Shown here: positions 21,999 through 37,154 of the stretch, one piece after another
Layout of the letters: each line of letters begins with the position of its first letter
How positions within the stretch are numbered: the stretch's first letter is position 1
Source of the DNA: Methanocaldococcus sp. 16A
GTDB lineage: Archaea > AGJL01 > Methanococci > Methanococcales > Methanocaldococcaceae
Length of the DNA: 64,000 nucleotides
Assembly: GCA_049860595.1 (NCBI GenBank)
Contig: CP187551.1
Strand: one strand, 5' to 3'
Made by a program: the position numbers and the translations under genes
Notes under the pieces: model-generated
Seen by the model: only the letters and a program-made list of their open reading frames with translations
Told to the model about the DNA's origin: nothing
Databases searched by the model: none

Positions 21999-23009
21999 TT
22001 ATTTCTTCCTCTTCCACATCCTTGGATAAGTTCCTCTATCCATATAAACCCTCTCAACATCAACGGCTACACCTTTATCTGCATTTAAAATCTCTTTTGT
22101 GTTCATTAAAGCTTTTCCTACACCAATAGCTTCTCCTTTCAATGTCTCAACTAAAACTGTCTCTCCCTTCCCAATACCTTTACTCAATTTGGCTATTCCT
22201 CTAACATAAACATCTGCTCCATGGCAAATAGCATCAACTGCTGAATCTTTAACAACTACCTTCTTTAAATGCCTCAATCCATATTCCATTGGTTTTATTA
22301 TTCTTCTTAGCTCTTCTTCATCTCCATCCTCTTTCCAAAAATGATAAGCATCAAGTAAATCTTGCAAATATACTGCATCTTTCTCTTCAAAACATCCACT
22401 TTTAACTCTTCTTAGCTCTTGCATATGAGCTGAGGTTCCTAAAGCTTCACCTAAATCTTCACATAGCTTTCTTATATAAGTCCCAGATTGACACTTAACC
22501 CTAAACAAAACATCTTTTCCATCTTTATCTAAAAGCTCTAACTCATGAATTTTCCTTATTCTCAATCTTCTTTTAACAGCTGCTTTTAATGGAGGTCTTT
22601 GGTAAATTCTTCCAGTAAATTCTTTAAAAACTCTCAATATATCTTCTTCAGAGGCATCTCTATGTAGATGCATTAGGCAAATATATTCTTTAGGTGGAAT
22701 ATGCCACATAGGAATTGTTTTTGTAGCTCTCTCTAAAGCTACTGGTAAAACACCAGTAACCTTTGGGTCTAATGTCCCACCATGTCCAGCTTTATCTAAG
22801 TTTAAAATTTTTTTAACCCATGTTGAAACCTCATGGGATGTAGGACCTCTTGGTTTATCAATTACAACAACACCATATTTTATTAAATCCTCTATCTTTC
22901 TTTCATAAGGGTTACAACCATAATCCCAGTTAGTTTCAGCATCTTCTTTAACTATAATCTCTTCTTTATCCTTTATCTTTTTTTCTTGAAATTTTTCCAA
23001 TAAAATCAC
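21999..23009 (-). CDS. cbf5: H/ACA RNA-guided / tRNA Psi55 pseudouridine synthase Cbf5
   Basis: DKPRGPTSHEV, GHGGTLDPKVTG, GTYIRKLC, C-terminal PUA. Confidence 0.96.
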   Translation of the reverse strand: MILLEKFQEKKIKDKEEIIVKEDAETNWDYGCNPYERKIEDLIKYGVVVIDKPRGPTSHEVSTWVKKILNLDKAGHGGTLDPKVTGVLPVALERATKTIPMWHIPPKEYICLMHLHRDASEEDILRVFKEFTGRIYQRPPLKAAVKRRLRIRKIHELELLDKDGKDVLFRVKCQSGTYIRKLCEDLGEALGTSAHMQELRRVKSGCFEEKDAVYLQDLLDAYHFWKEDGDEEELRRIIKPMEYGLRHLKKVVVKDSAVDAICHGADVYVRGIAKLSKGIGKGETVLVETLKGEAIGVGKALMNTKEILNADKGVAVDVERVYMDRGTYPRMWKRKK

Positions 23010-23185
23010 CTTTTTTCATAATCTTTAATAGCTTTAAAAAATCTAACAAATGCACAAAAAATGCCAAACAATAAAAAGACAACTATCCACAAATTATTAT
23101 CTGTATATTCTGCTATGATATAACCAATAAAAATACCTAAGGCAATCATTATAAAGAATTCAAATGCAATATCTCTAAGATACAT
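23006..23185 (-). CDS. 59-aa two-TM membrane protein (AtpZ/AtpI-like), absent from the ORF track
   Basis: Manual translation MYLRDIAFEFFIMIALGIFIGYIIAEYTDNNLWIVVFLLFGIFCAFVRFFKAIKDYEKR*; stop overlaps the cbf5 GTG start. Confidence 0.7.
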   Translation of the reverse strand: MYLRDIAFEFFIMIALGIFIGYIIAEYTDNNLWIVVFLLFGIFCAFVRFFKAIKDYEKR

Positions 23186-23273
23186 AACATTACCTTATTT
23201 TATAATATTATTCACTATATTCTATACTTAACCACCATAACTTATTTTCAATAAAATATAAATTTTTGACTAT

Positions 23274-23792
23274 ATGAGGGATAGCATGGACAAAGAGCTT
23301 TTGCATAAAAAAATAAGGAAAGATATTAAAGATTTAATAAATAATAATCCCCCAGAGAGAACATTGGGAAATCTAATACCATTATCTATATTTCAGGCAG
23401 TGAGAATAGGAGTTTTAACTGCTGGCTGTGGAATTGAGGCAATAATTTACAATATTGGAAAAGATATTGGTAGGGAAGTAATTTCTATGTGTGTTGATGA
23501 ATCTAACTTACTTAAAAGCTTTGCAGAAATATTAAAGAAGTCAAAAATTGGCATCTTAGAAGTAAAAAAAGTTGAAGATGATGAGATGGTTTTAGTTTTA
23601 AAAGATTGTATCTCTTGCCATAATGTTCCAAATGTTGGCACAACTCTATGCCATTTTGAAGCGGGATTAATAGCAGGAACTTTAGAAAAAAAGCTGAGAA
23701 GGAAAGTTAATGCTGTTGAAGTAAAATGCTGTGGTAAGGGGGATGAATACTGTGAATTTTTGGTAAAGATTGGAGATAGATTGTATTGGTGA
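23274..23792 (+). CDS. V4R (4-vinyl reductase) ligand-binding domain protein
   Basis: YNIGKDIG, DCISC, LCHFEAGLIAG, EVKCCGKGDEYCEF. Confidence 0.88.
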   Translation: MRDSMDKELLHKKIRKDIKDLINNNPPERTLGNLIPLSIFQAVRIGVLTAGCGIEAIIYNIGKDIGREVISMCVDESNLLKSFAEILKKSKIGILEVKKVEDDEMVLVLKDCISCHNVPNVGTTLCHFEAGLIAGTLEKKLRRKVNAVEVKCCGKGDEYCEFLVKIGDRLYW

Positions 23793-23796
23793 TTAA

Positions 23797-24243
23797 ATGA
23801 TTGACAGGATTGATTTAAAAATTCTAAGAATTTTAAATGAAAATGCCAGAAAATCATTTAGAGAGATTGGAAGAGAATTGGGAATTAGTGAGGGAACTGT
23901 AAGAAATAGAGTAAAAAAAATGATTGATAAAGGTATTATAACAGGTTTTCATGCATCCATAAATCCAAAAAATTTGGGGTTTGAAGTTATAGCTATTTTG
24001 GGTTTATATATAAAGCCATCCAAAGTTGAAGAAACGCTCAATAAATTAAAAGAACTTAATGAGATTGTAGGGCTTTATCAAACTACTGGGGAATATGACG
24101 CTGTTTGTATAGCAATTTTAAAGGATATGGAAAGTTTAGGGAACTTTTTGGCAGAAAAAATATATCCATTAGTTAATGTTAATGGATGTAAAGTAACTCT
24201 CGTTTTAAGAACATTTAAAGATGGTAGTAAGATGCCAATATAA
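23797..24243 (+). CDS. ptr1: Lrp/AsnC transcription regulator (Ptr1-like)
   Basis: DRIDLKILRIL..NARKSFREI HTH, TTGEYD RAM domain; Ptr1 identity from recalled synteny. Confidence 0.8.
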   Translation: MIDRIDLKILRILNENARKSFREIGRELGISEGTVRNRVKKMIDKGIITGFHASINPKNLGFEVIAILGLYIKPSKVEETLNKLKELNEIVGLYQTTGEYDAVCIAILKDMESLGNFLAEKIYPLVNVNGCKVTLVLRTFKDGSKMPI

Positions 24244-24422
24244 AATTTTATTACATTATAATAAATAAAAAAATTAAATATTACTTAAGAAATCAAATAG
24301 AAACATTTAAAAAAGCCCTATTTTCTATTTTGCAACTCATAAAAATTTTTAATTAATGTTTAAATTTTTTGCTATTTTTCTTTCAAATTTTAAAATTTTT
24401 AGAAAATAATTTGCATAAAAAT

Positions 24423-24448
24423 TTCGCATTGCGTAGTGTCTATATATA
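24423..24448 (+). promoter_or_regulatory. Candidate Lrp/Ptr1 operator abutting the TATA box of the ACS gene
   Basis: TTCGCATTGCGTA (24423-24435) followed by TATATATA (24441-24448). Confidence 0.6.
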
Positions 24449-24519
24449 GTAATGCATAAACTTAAAATTGAAAATCTCATATTAAAATCAAATATTCAAA
24501 AATTTAATTATATGGTGAA

Positions 24520-26736
24520 ATGATGGTTGTGAGTAATATAATAGAAGGTGGAAAGACAGTTCTAAACTTAACAAAAGAGATTTTAGAGAAAGAAGATGAT
24601 AATTTAAAGGTATCATATCCTGGAACTAATTATAATTTGCCAATTATATATGGTCTCTTAGGAAAAAAGATAGAAACAGTTAAAGACTTAAAAGAATTAA
24701 TTAATTCACTTGAAATAAAAGATGAAGAAAGCTTAGAAAATGCCTTAGATGTTGGTGTTATAACTTTAATATGTGCTGAAGCAATTGAGGCATTAAAGTA
24801 TGCAAAAAATAAAAATCCATACAAAGAGCCGTATGTTGGATTTATTCCAGATGAAATATTGAGAGGTTTAGGAGTTCCACTTGTTGAAGGTAAGATTCCA
24901 GCTATTTTAGTAGTTATTGGAAAAGTTGAGGATAAAGATAAACTAAAGAAGCTCATTGATGATATAAAAAAGAGAAACATTTTAGCATTATTGGTTGGAG
25001 ATATAATTAAAGAGATGGATGAGGCAGGAATTGAGTATGGATTAGACAAATTGCTCGTCCCTATTGGTGAGGAAATAACTTCAGCAATACATGCAGCAAA
25101 CTTAGCTATAAGAGCTCCATTAATTTTTGGAGGAATTGAACCTGGAAAAGTGGAAGATATTATTGATTATTTAAAAAATAGAGTTCCAGCAGTTGTTGTA
25201 GCTTTAGGGGAGTTGGATAATATAACATTGGCAGCAGGAGCCGGATGTATAAAAGCAGGGGTCCCAGTTATAACCAATAATGATGTACCCGTTATAGAAA
25301 AAGCCTTAGAGAGTTCAGATATTGATAACATAATAGAAAATGCTCTAAAGATGAAAGATATTAAAACTAAAGTTGTTGAGTTCGATATACCAGTTTCCGT
25401 AGGGCCGATGAATGAAGGGGAGAGAGTTAGAGGCCCAGATATGTATGTAGAGTTAGCAGGGCCTAAGAGTTATGGTTTTGAGTTGGTTAAGGTGGTTGAT
25501 AAAGCAGACGATAAGGTTGAAATTATTGGAAAAGATATCGATGAGATGGAGGAGGGAAGTAGAAATCCATTCGCAATAATAGTTAAGGTAAGTGGAAGTA
25601 ATTTAGAAGAGGATTTAGAAGGAGTTTTAGAGAGAAGAATTCACGAATTCTTTAATTACATAGAAGGTGTTATGCATCTTAACCAAAGAGACCAGGTCTG
25701 GATTAGAATTAATAAGAATTCGTTTAACAAAGGTTTGAGATTAAAGCACATTGGTGAGGTTGTAAAACAACTCTTTAAAGAGCATTTCCCAATAATAGAA
25801 AAATGTGATGTAATTATAATAACCGACCCAGAAAAAGTTAAGGAAGAATTAGAAAAAGCAAAAGAAATTTACAAAAAAAGAGATGAAAAAACAAAATCTA
25901 TAAGAGAAGAAGATGTTGATGTCTTTTATGGATGTATAATGTGCCAAAGCTTCGCTCCTACTCATGTATGTGTTATAACTCCTGATAGGCCAGCGCTGTG
26001 TGGTGGAATTAATTATTTAGATGCGAGAGCAGCTGCTAAGATAGACCCTAATGGACCTATATTTGAAATACCTAAAGGAGAATGCTTAGATGAAAAATTG
26101 GGAATTTACTCTGGAGTAAATGACGTTGTTAGAGAAAGGTCACAAGGTACTGTTGAAGAGATGGCATTGCATAGTGGTTTAAATAACCCCTGTACATCTT
26201 GTGGTTGTTTTGAGGCCATTGTCTTCTATATACCTGATGTAGATGGATTTGGAGTAGTGCATAGGAACTTTAAAGGAGAAACACCTTTCGGATTGCCTTT
26301 CTCTTCATTAGCAGGGCAGTGTAGTGGAGGCAAACAAGTTCCAGGATTTGTAGGGATATCAATTGCATATATGAAATCACCTAAGTTTTTACAAGGGGAT
26401 GGAGGTTGGGAGAGAGTCGTTTGGCTTCCAAAAGAGTTAAAAGAAAGAGTTAAAGATGCTATACCAAAAGAATTGTATGATAAGATAGCTACTGAAGAAG
26501 ATGCTAAAACTACTGATGAATTAATTAAATTCTTGAAAGAGAAGGGGCATCCAATAGTTAAGAAATCAGAAGAGACTGTTGAAGAAGAAAAAGAACAGAA
26601 AACAGTAACTGCTGAAAAAGAAGAAAAAGAGGGTCTTGAAGTTGGTGAAATGATAGCTAAATTAGCAAAAGAGGGAGGAATTCAGATTATTATGAAGAAT
26701 GTTAAGATTGTTATTAACTTTAATGTAAAGAAGTAA
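24520..26736 (+). CDS. acsB: Acetyl-CoA synthase, long (bacterial AcsB-like N-domain plus CdhC core)
   Basis: YPGTNYNLP, GFIPDEILR N-domain; FYGCIMCQSFAP, TSCGCFE, GQCSGG A-cluster motifs. Confidence 0.88.
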   Translation: MMVVSNIIEGGKTVLNLTKEILEKEDDNLKVSYPGTNYNLPIIYGLLGKKIETVKDLKELINSLEIKDEESLENALDVGVITLICAEAIEALKYAKNKNPYKEPYVGFIPDEILRGLGVPLVEGKIPAILVVIGKVEDKDKLKKLIDDIKKRNILALLVGDIIKEMDEAGIEYGLDKLLVPIGEEITSAIHAANLAIRAPLIFGGIEPGKVEDIIDYLKNRVPAVVVALGELDNITLAAGAGCIKAGVPVITNNDVPVIEKALESSDIDNIIENALKMKDIKTKVVEFDIPVSVGPMNEGERVRGPDMYVELAGPKSYGFELVKVVDKADDKVEIIGKDIDEMEEGSRNPFAIIVKVSGSNLEEDLEGVLERRIHEFFNYIEGVMHLNQRDQVWIRINKNSFNKGLRLKHIGEVVKQLFKEHFPIIEKCDVIIITDPEKVKEELEKAKEIYKKRDEKTKSIREEDVDVFYGCIMCQSFAPTHVCVITPDRPALCGGINYLDARAAAKIDPNGPIFEIPKGECLDEKLGIYSGVNDVVRERSQGTVEEMALHSGLNNPCTSCGCFEAIVFYIPDVDGFGVVHRNFKGETPFGLPFSSLAGQCSGGKQVPGFVGISIAYMKSPKFLQGDGGWERVVWLPKELKERVKDAIPKELYDKIATEEDAKTTDELIKFLKEKGHPIVKKSEETVEEEKEQKTVTAEKEEKEGLEVGEMIAKLAKEGGIQIIMKNVKIVINFNVKK

Positions 26737-26828
26737 TTTTTTGCTTTAATTTTTATTTTTTATTCCCATGTTTATTTATTTTTTTAAATTAATTAATATG
26801 TATTTTTATAATGTTTCTAAAAATAACT

Positions 26829-26841
26829 TACGAAATGCGTA
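26829..26841. promoter_or_regulatory. Second candidate Lrp/Ptr1 operator upstream of cdhA
   Basis: Near-palindrome TACGAAATGCGTA, about 70 bp before TTTATATA. Confidence 0.55.
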
Positions 26842-26981
26842 ATTTTTTATTGAAAGGAGAGTCTTAATCCTCATTTTCATACCAAATTTAGCTTTAGTCA
26901 TAACAAACTTTATATATTAAAGTTTTAAAAACTAACCTTAGAATTATAATGATTAATCATGACAATTAAGAAGTGATAGTT

Positions 26982-29303
26982 ATGGGAGATAACATAGAGA
27001 TAGATGTTAAAAAACTTCTCACACCTTTAGTTAAGATGAAAAATGCCAACATATCAATGAATATAAAGTTTGGTGAAGAGAAAGAGGAGGAAGATTGGGA
27101 ACCAATGGGTCCTACACCAATGCCAAAGGTTCCTACATTGAGACATTGGGATTTTAAGCTATTAAAGAGGTATCCCCCATTTTACATGCCAATCTGTGAT
27201 TTGTGTTGTCTCTGTACCTTTGGAAAGTGTGATTTAAGTAGAGGAAAGAAAGGAGCATGTGGTTTAGACATTAAAACACAACAGGCAAGGATTGTCCTAA
27301 TAGCTTGCTGTATTGGGACTGCATGTCATACAGGGCATAGTAGGCACTTAGTTCATCATCTAATTGAAAAGTTAGGAAAGGATTATCCAATTGATTTAGG
27401 TAATGAGATAGAAGTTGAAGCACCAATAACAAGAACGGTTATGGGTATTAAACCAAAGACATTAGGAGATTTAGAGAAAGTTTTAGATTATTGTGAAGAG
27501 CAAATAACTCATCTCTTATCAGCGGCACATACTGGACAGGAGGGCGATTACTTAGACTTTGAAAGTAAAGCACTACATGCAGGAATGATTGATGATTTAG
27601 CAAGGGAAGTGGGGGATATAGCTCAAATAGTAGCATATAATATGCCTAAAGGAGATGATGATGCTCCACTAATAGAGTTAGGATTTGGTTGTATAGATAA
27701 GAATAAGCCAGTTATTTTGTGTATAGGCCATAATGTAGTTCCAGGTAGTTATATATTAGAATATTTGGAAGAAAATAATATGGAAGATGAAGTAGAGGTT
27801 TGTGGTATCTGCTGTACTGCAATAGATGTTTCAAGAGTTTCAGATAAAGCAAAGATTGTTGGTCCTTTATCAAGACAGTTGATGTTCATTAGAAGTGGAG
27901 TAGCAGATGTTGTAGTAGTTGATGAACAGTGTATTAGAACTGATATATTAGAGGAGGTTTTAAAAACTGGAGCTGTTTTGATAGCTACAAATGAAAAGAT
28001 GTGCTTAGGTTTAGAAGATGTTTCTCATTTAAGTGAAGATGAAATTATTGGCTACTTATTAAGGAACAGAGCTGCCTTAATTTTAGATGAGGAAAAGGTT
28101 GGAAAAGTCGCTGTTGAAGTAGCTAAGATAGTTGCTAAAGAAAGAAGAGACAAGAAAGCTTTACCAGATTTAAATGAAGTTGTTGAATTGGCAAAGCAAT
28201 GTACCGAGTGTGGATGGTGTAACAGAAACTGTCCTAACGCATTTAAGGTTAAAGAAGCTATGGTTTTAGCAAAACAAGGTAATTTTGATGGATTTGTTGA
28301 TTTATACAAAAAATGTTATAGCTGTGGAAGATGTGAAACAATCTGCCCAAGAAACATACCAATAGTTAGCATGACTACAAAAGTTGGAGAGGCTTATTAC
28401 AAAGATTTAAAATTCAAGATAAGGGCTGGTAGAGGGCCAATTAAAGATGTTGAGATTAGAAGTGTTGGAGCTCCAATTGTATTTGGAGATATTCCAGGAG
28501 TTGTTGCATTCGTTGGATGTTCAAACCATCCAAATGGAGAGGAGGAAGTTGCTTTAATGGCTAAAGAATTCTTGGAGAGAAAATATATAGTTGTAACATC
28601 TGGATGTGCTGCAATGTCAATTGCAATGTGGAAAGATAAAGATGGTAAAACACTATATGAGAAGTATCCAGGAGAGTTTAGGGCTGGAGGGCTTGTGAAT
28701 TGTGGTTCTTGCCTCTCAAATTGCCACATTACTGGAGCCGCTATAAAAATAGCTAACATCTTTGCTAAAGTGCCATTAAGAGGTAATTATGCTGAAGTAG
28801 CTGACTATATATTAAACAAAGTTGGAGCTGTTGGAGTTGCATGGGGAGCTATGAGCCAAAAAGCTGCTGCAATTGCTACTGGAGTCAATAGATGGGGGAT
28901 CCCTGTTATTGTAGGTCCTCACGGAGCTAAGTATAGAAGGTTGTACTTAAGCAATGGAGAGAAATTCAAAGTTAAAGATAAAAAAACAGGAGAAGTTATG
29001 GAGATAGACCCTGTTCCTGAACATTTAATTGTAACTGCCGAAAATGTTAAAGAATGTATCTGTATGATTCCAAAGCTATGTATGAGACCAAATGATAATG
29101 CAAAAGGTAGAGCTAACAAAATCTATCACTATGTTGATTTATACGAAAAATACTTTGGAAAAATGCCACCTGACTTAGAAAAATTCGTTAGAACTGAAAA
29201 AGACATTCCTTTCATGATGAAAGATAAGATAATGGCATACTTAGAAGAAAAAGGTTGGAAACCATTAGAAAAATATCCACAAGACCCAACAATTCTCTAT
29301 TAA
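26982..29303 (+). CDS. cdhA: ACDS complex alpha subunit (CO dehydrogenase)
   Basis: [21 protein letters not shown], two ferredoxin motifs, GSCLSNCH. Confidence 0.97.
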   Translation: MGDNIEIDVKKLLTPLVKMKNANISMNIKFGEEKEEEDWEPMGPTPMPKVPTLRHWDFKLLKRYPPFYMPICDLCCLCTFGKCDLSRGKKGACGLDIKTQQARIVLIACCIGTACHTGHSRHLVHHLIEKLGKDYPIDLGNEIEVEAPITRTVMGIKPKTLGDLEKVLDYCEEQITHLLSAAHTGQEGDYLDFESKALHAGMIDDLAREVGDIAQIVAYNMPKGDDDAPLIELGFGCIDKNKPVILCIGHNVVPGSYILEYLEENNMEDEVEVCGICCTAIDVSRVSDKAKIVGPLSRQLMFIRSGVADVVVVDEQCIRTDILEEVLKTGAVLIATNEKMCLGLEDVSHLSEDEIIGYLLRNRAALILDEEKVGKVAVEVAKIVAKERRDKKALPDLNEVVELAKQCTECGWCNRNCPNAFKVKEAMVLAKQGNFDGFVDLYKKCYSCGRCETICPRNIPIVSMTTKVGEAYYKDLKFKIRAGRGPIKDVEIRSVGAPIVFGDIPGVVAFVGCSNHPNGEEEVALMAKEFLERKYIVVTSGCAAMSIAMWKDKDGKTLYEKYPGEFRAGGLVNCGSCLSNCHITGAAIKIANIFAKVPLRGNYAEVADYILNKVGAVGVAWGAMSQKAAAIATGVNRWGIPVIVGPHGAKYRRLYLSNGEKFKVKDKKTGEVMEIDPVPEHLIVTAENVKECICMIPKLCMRPNDNAKGRANKIYHYVDLYEKYFGKMPPDLEKFVRTEKDIPFMMKDKIMAYLEEKGWKPLEKYPQDPTILY

Positions 29304-29348
29304 TTTCATTATTAATTTCATTCAAATTTTTTGAATTTGGTGATAGTT

Positions 29349-29789
29349 ATGGATGAGAGATTTACAGCCTATATTCCAACAGCTGGAAGTAATGTGGCTC
29401 ATGCTGAAATAACAAATCCAACATTGGTTAAAATGATGATTAGAAGAGCTAAAAAACCTATTTTAATATTAGGAGAGAACTTAGAAGATGAGGAAAAAGA
29501 GTTAATCAACAAATTAATTGAGAAATATAATTTAAAAGTAATAAAAACACCAGAAGACATGAATCTAATGGCAATAATGAAATATTTATCAAACAGTGAT
29601 TATGATTTAGCTCTATTCACTGGAATAACTTATTATTACTTAGCTCAGGCAGCAACACATCTAAAACAGTTTTCAAATGTAACTACCGTTTCTATAGACA
29701 AGTATTATCAACCAAATACTCTCTATTCATTCCCAAATCTCAGTAAGGATGAGTATTTAGATTATTTGAAGAAATTGTTGGAGGGATAA
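29349..29789 (+). CDS. cdhB: ACDS epsilon subunit
   Basis: MIRRAKKPILILG, DLALFTGITYY, SIDKYYQPN...SFPN; follows cdhA. Confidence 0.92.
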   Translation: MDERFTAYIPTAGSNVAHAEITNPTLVKMMIRRAKKPILILGENLEDEEKELINKLIEKYNLKVIKTPEDMNLMAIMKYLSNSDYDLALFTGITYYYLAQAATHLKQFSNVTTVSIDKYYQPNTLYSFPNLSKDEYLDYLKKLLEG

Positions 29790-29790
29790 T

Positions 29791-30246
29791 GTGAATCCAA
29801 AAATCATTGTCTTAAATCCTGAAAAATGCACTAAATGTTATGATTGCATAAACATCTGCAAAGAGATTCATGGAGAAAGTAGAGTAAGAAAGATTGATGG
29901 TATTCCAATATTTTGTATGCAATGTGAAAAAGCACCTTGTAAAGAAATCTGTCCTGTTGATGCAATTTACCTAAAAGATGGAATTCCTATTGTAGAAAAA
30001 GAAAGATGTATTGCCTGTGGAATGTGTGCAATTGCCTGCCCTATAGGAGCTATATTTATAAAAAATAAGGTTGCTCACAAATGCACTCTCTGCTTAGATA
30101 CTGATAGAATAACACCTGCCTGCATAGAAGCTTGTAAAGATAATGCTTTATTGTTAGTATCTGGAGAAACACTTGATATGATGAAAGAAGAGAAAAGAAG
30201 AAAGATATTGAAGATTTTAAGAGATGAGGTTAAAGAGAATCTATAA
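29791..30246 (+). CDS. CooF-like iron-sulfur protein
   Basis: Four Cys clusters incl. CMQCEKAPCKEICP, CIACGMCAIACP, KCTLC. Confidence 0.88.
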   Translation: MNPKIIVLNPEKCTKCYDCINICKEIHGESRVRKIDGIPIFCMQCEKAPCKEICPVDAIYLKDGIPIVEKERCIACGMCAIACPIGAIFIKNKVAHKCTLCLDTDRITPACIEACKDNALLLVSGETLDMMKEEKRRKILKILRDEVKENL

Positions 30247-30285
30247 AAAAGCAGAAAAAAGCAAAACACTAAAAGGTGAGAGGAT

Positions 30286-31692
30286 ATGTTTGATGATATA
30301 CCAGTTTCCGTAGGGCCGATGAATGAAGGGGAGAGAGTTAGAGGCCCAGATATGTATGTAGAGTTAGCAGGGCCTAAGAGTTATGGTTTTGAGTTGGTTA
30401 AGGTGGTTGATAAAGCAGACGATAAGGTTGAAATTATTGGAAAAGATATCGATGAGATGGAGGAGGGAAGTAGAAATCCATTCGCAATAATAGTTAAGGT
30501 AAGTGGAAGTAATTTAGAAGAGGATTTAGAAGGAGTTTTAGAGAGAAGAATTCACGAATTCTTTAATTACATAGAAGGTGTTATGCATCTTAACCAAAGA
30601 GACCAGGTCTGGATTAGAATTAATAAGAATTCGTTTAACAAAGGTTTGAGATTAGAGCATGTTGGGAGAGTTGTTCAAAGATTGTTTAAGGCAGAGTTTC
30701 CATTCATTGAAAAATGTGATGTTGTATTAATTACAGACCCTGATAAAGTTAAAGAAGAGTTAGAAAAAGCGAGAGAAATATATAACAATAGGGATGAGAA
30801 AACAAAGGCATTACATGAAGAGGATGTTGATGTCTTTTATGGATGTATAATGTGCCAAAGCTTCGCTCCTACTCATGTATGTGTTATAACTCCTGATAGG
30901 CCAGCGCTGTGTGGTGGAATTAATTATTTAGATGCGAGAGCAGCTGCTAAGATAGACCCTAATGGACCTATATTTGAAATACCTAAAGGAGAATGCTTAG
31001 ATGAAAAATTGGGAATTTACTCTGGAGTAAATGACGTTGTTAGAGAAAGGTCACAAGGTACTGTTGAAGAAGTAACTTTGCATAGTGGATTAGAAAAACC
31101 TTGCACTTCATGTGGTTGTTTCGAAGCAGTTGCATTCTACATTCCTGAAGTTGATGGATTTGGTATAGCACATAGAGGATTTAAAGGAGAAACTCCGATG
31201 GGAATTCCATTTTCAACATTAGCAGGACAGTGTAGTGGAGGGAAACAAGTACCAGGATTTGTTGGAATATCTATTGCTTATATGAAATCACCTAAGTTTT
31301 TACAAGGAGATGGTGGTTGGGAGAGAGTCGTTTGGCTTCCAAAAGAGTTAAAAGAAAGAGTTAAAGAAGCAATACCTAAAGAGTTGTATGATAAAATAGC
31401 TACTGAAGAAGATGTTAAAACTACCGATGAGTTAATTAAATTCTTGAAAGAGAAGGGGCATCCATGTGCTGAAAGAATAGGTGCTGGAATTGAAGAAGAA
31501 GCTACTGAAGAGGAAGAAGTAGAAGAAGAGATGGAAGAAGTTGAAGGAATTGAAGTACCAACTATGACTCTACCAGGAACATTTGCTGGATTACCACCAG
31601 GAATAAAAATAGTCTTATACAATGCTGTGATTAAAGCAGAAAAAATAATTATTACAAAAGAAGAACCAGAGAAGAAGAAAAAGAAAAATTAA
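30286..31692 (+). CDS. cdhC: ACDS beta subunit (acetyl-CoA synthase)
   Basis: PVSVGPMNEGER, CQSFAP, TSCGCFE, acidic linker and short C-terminal domain. Confidence 0.95.
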   Translation: MFDDIPVSVGPMNEGERVRGPDMYVELAGPKSYGFELVKVVDKADDKVEIIGKDIDEMEEGSRNPFAIIVKVSGSNLEEDLEGVLERRIHEFFNYIEGVMHLNQRDQVWIRINKNSFNKGLRLEHVGRVVQRLFKAEFPFIEKCDVVLITDPDKVKEELEKAREIYNNRDEKTKALHEEDVDVFYGCIMCQSFAPTHVCVITPDRPALCGGINYLDARAAAKIDPNGPIFEIPKGECLDEKLGIYSGVNDVVRERSQGTVEEVTLHSGLEKPCTSCGCFEAVAFYIPEVDGFGIAHRGFKGETPMGIPFSTLAGQCSGGKQVPGFVGISIAYMKSPKFLQGDGGWERVVWLPKELKERVKEAIPKELYDKIATEEDVKTTDELIKFLKEKGHPCAERIGAGIEEEATEEEEVEEEMEEVEGIEVPTMTLPGTFAGLPPGIKIVLYNAVIKAEKIIITKEEPEKKKKKN

Positions 31693-31844
31693 TCTCTCAC
31701 AATAATTTTTTATTTTTAACTTTTATTTATATATTCAAATTAATAAATATAATATAGTAAAATAAAATATAAACTTCAACTGAATACTCCCTAGCTTTTT
31801 TAGGGCCATGCATAGGCTTCCACATCCGCTTAGTGTCTGGACAC

Positions 31845-34850
<3,006 letters not shown>

Positions 34851-34947
34851 ATCCAGATTTCACCGGGATGTGGAAGCCTATGCATGGCCCTCATGTTTTT
34901 CAGGCCCTTCACCTGCAACTCTTTAGAGTTGCAGGCTGCATATATAG

Positions 34948-35020
34948 TGGACCCGGTGGGATTTGAACCCACGGCCTCCGGCTTGCAAGGCCGGCGCTCT
35001 CCCAGCTGAGCTACGGGCCC
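34948..35020 (-). tRNA. tRNA-Ala(UGC), CCA not encoded
   Basis: GGGCCCGTAGCTCAG...CTTGCAA...GGTTCAAATCC...GGTCCA cloverleaf in the 16S-23S spacer. Confidence 0.97.
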
Positions 35021-35084
35021 ACTTTCCCTATGAGGCAAGCCCACGACTGGTTTGGTGCCCCGCAGCAACCAGCACTTTTTTCTC

Positions 35085-36565
<1,481 letters not shown>

Positions 36566-36812
36566 TAAGTAGGAGTACGGTCGCAAGAAAGGATAAACCT
36601 TTCTTGCGGCTGGTTGCTGCGGGGTTTCACCACCAGTCGTGGGCTTGCCTCAGCCCCAACCCCTTCGGATTGGGGACGCATCCTTCAAGTGCATCCTATA
36701 GTGAGGAGTTGTTATATGTAATGTTTTTAGGATTAGAACAATAAGGATTAATAAATTATTAATACATGCTATTAAGAGAAATTATATTGTAAAATATTTA
36801 GAGCGTGAGATA

Positions 36813-37094
36813 ATGGACGAAATTAACATTAAAGTTGGAGATTATGTAATGTATATAAATACTGGAACAAAAGGAAAAGTAATTGACATAAGAAAGGATG
36901 AAAATGGGGATATTTGGGTTTTATTAGATAACAATTTAATGTATAGACCTCACTTATTAAGAGTTATCGACAAATCAAAAATAACAGAAAGAAAAGAAGA
37001 TATTGACGAAGTTGTTAAAAAATTAGAAAAAGAAGAATTAGACGAAGGAAAATTAACAGATATGGACTTTGGAGATGCTTGTGGAGCTGGATAA
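36813..37094 (+). CDS. DUF2098-like small methanogen protein
   Basis: YINTGTKGKV, W..LD...L.Y, C-terminal CGAG. Confidence 0.7.
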   Translation: MDEINIKVGDYVMYINTGTKGKVIDIRKDENGDIWVLLDNNLMYRPHLLRVIDKSKITERKEDIDEVVKKLEKEELDEGKLTDMDFGDACGAG

Positions 37095-37154
37095 TTCATT
37101 ATTATATCTTTAGTATAAAATTTTTCGTATCATAAACTTGATATTGGTGGTGTA

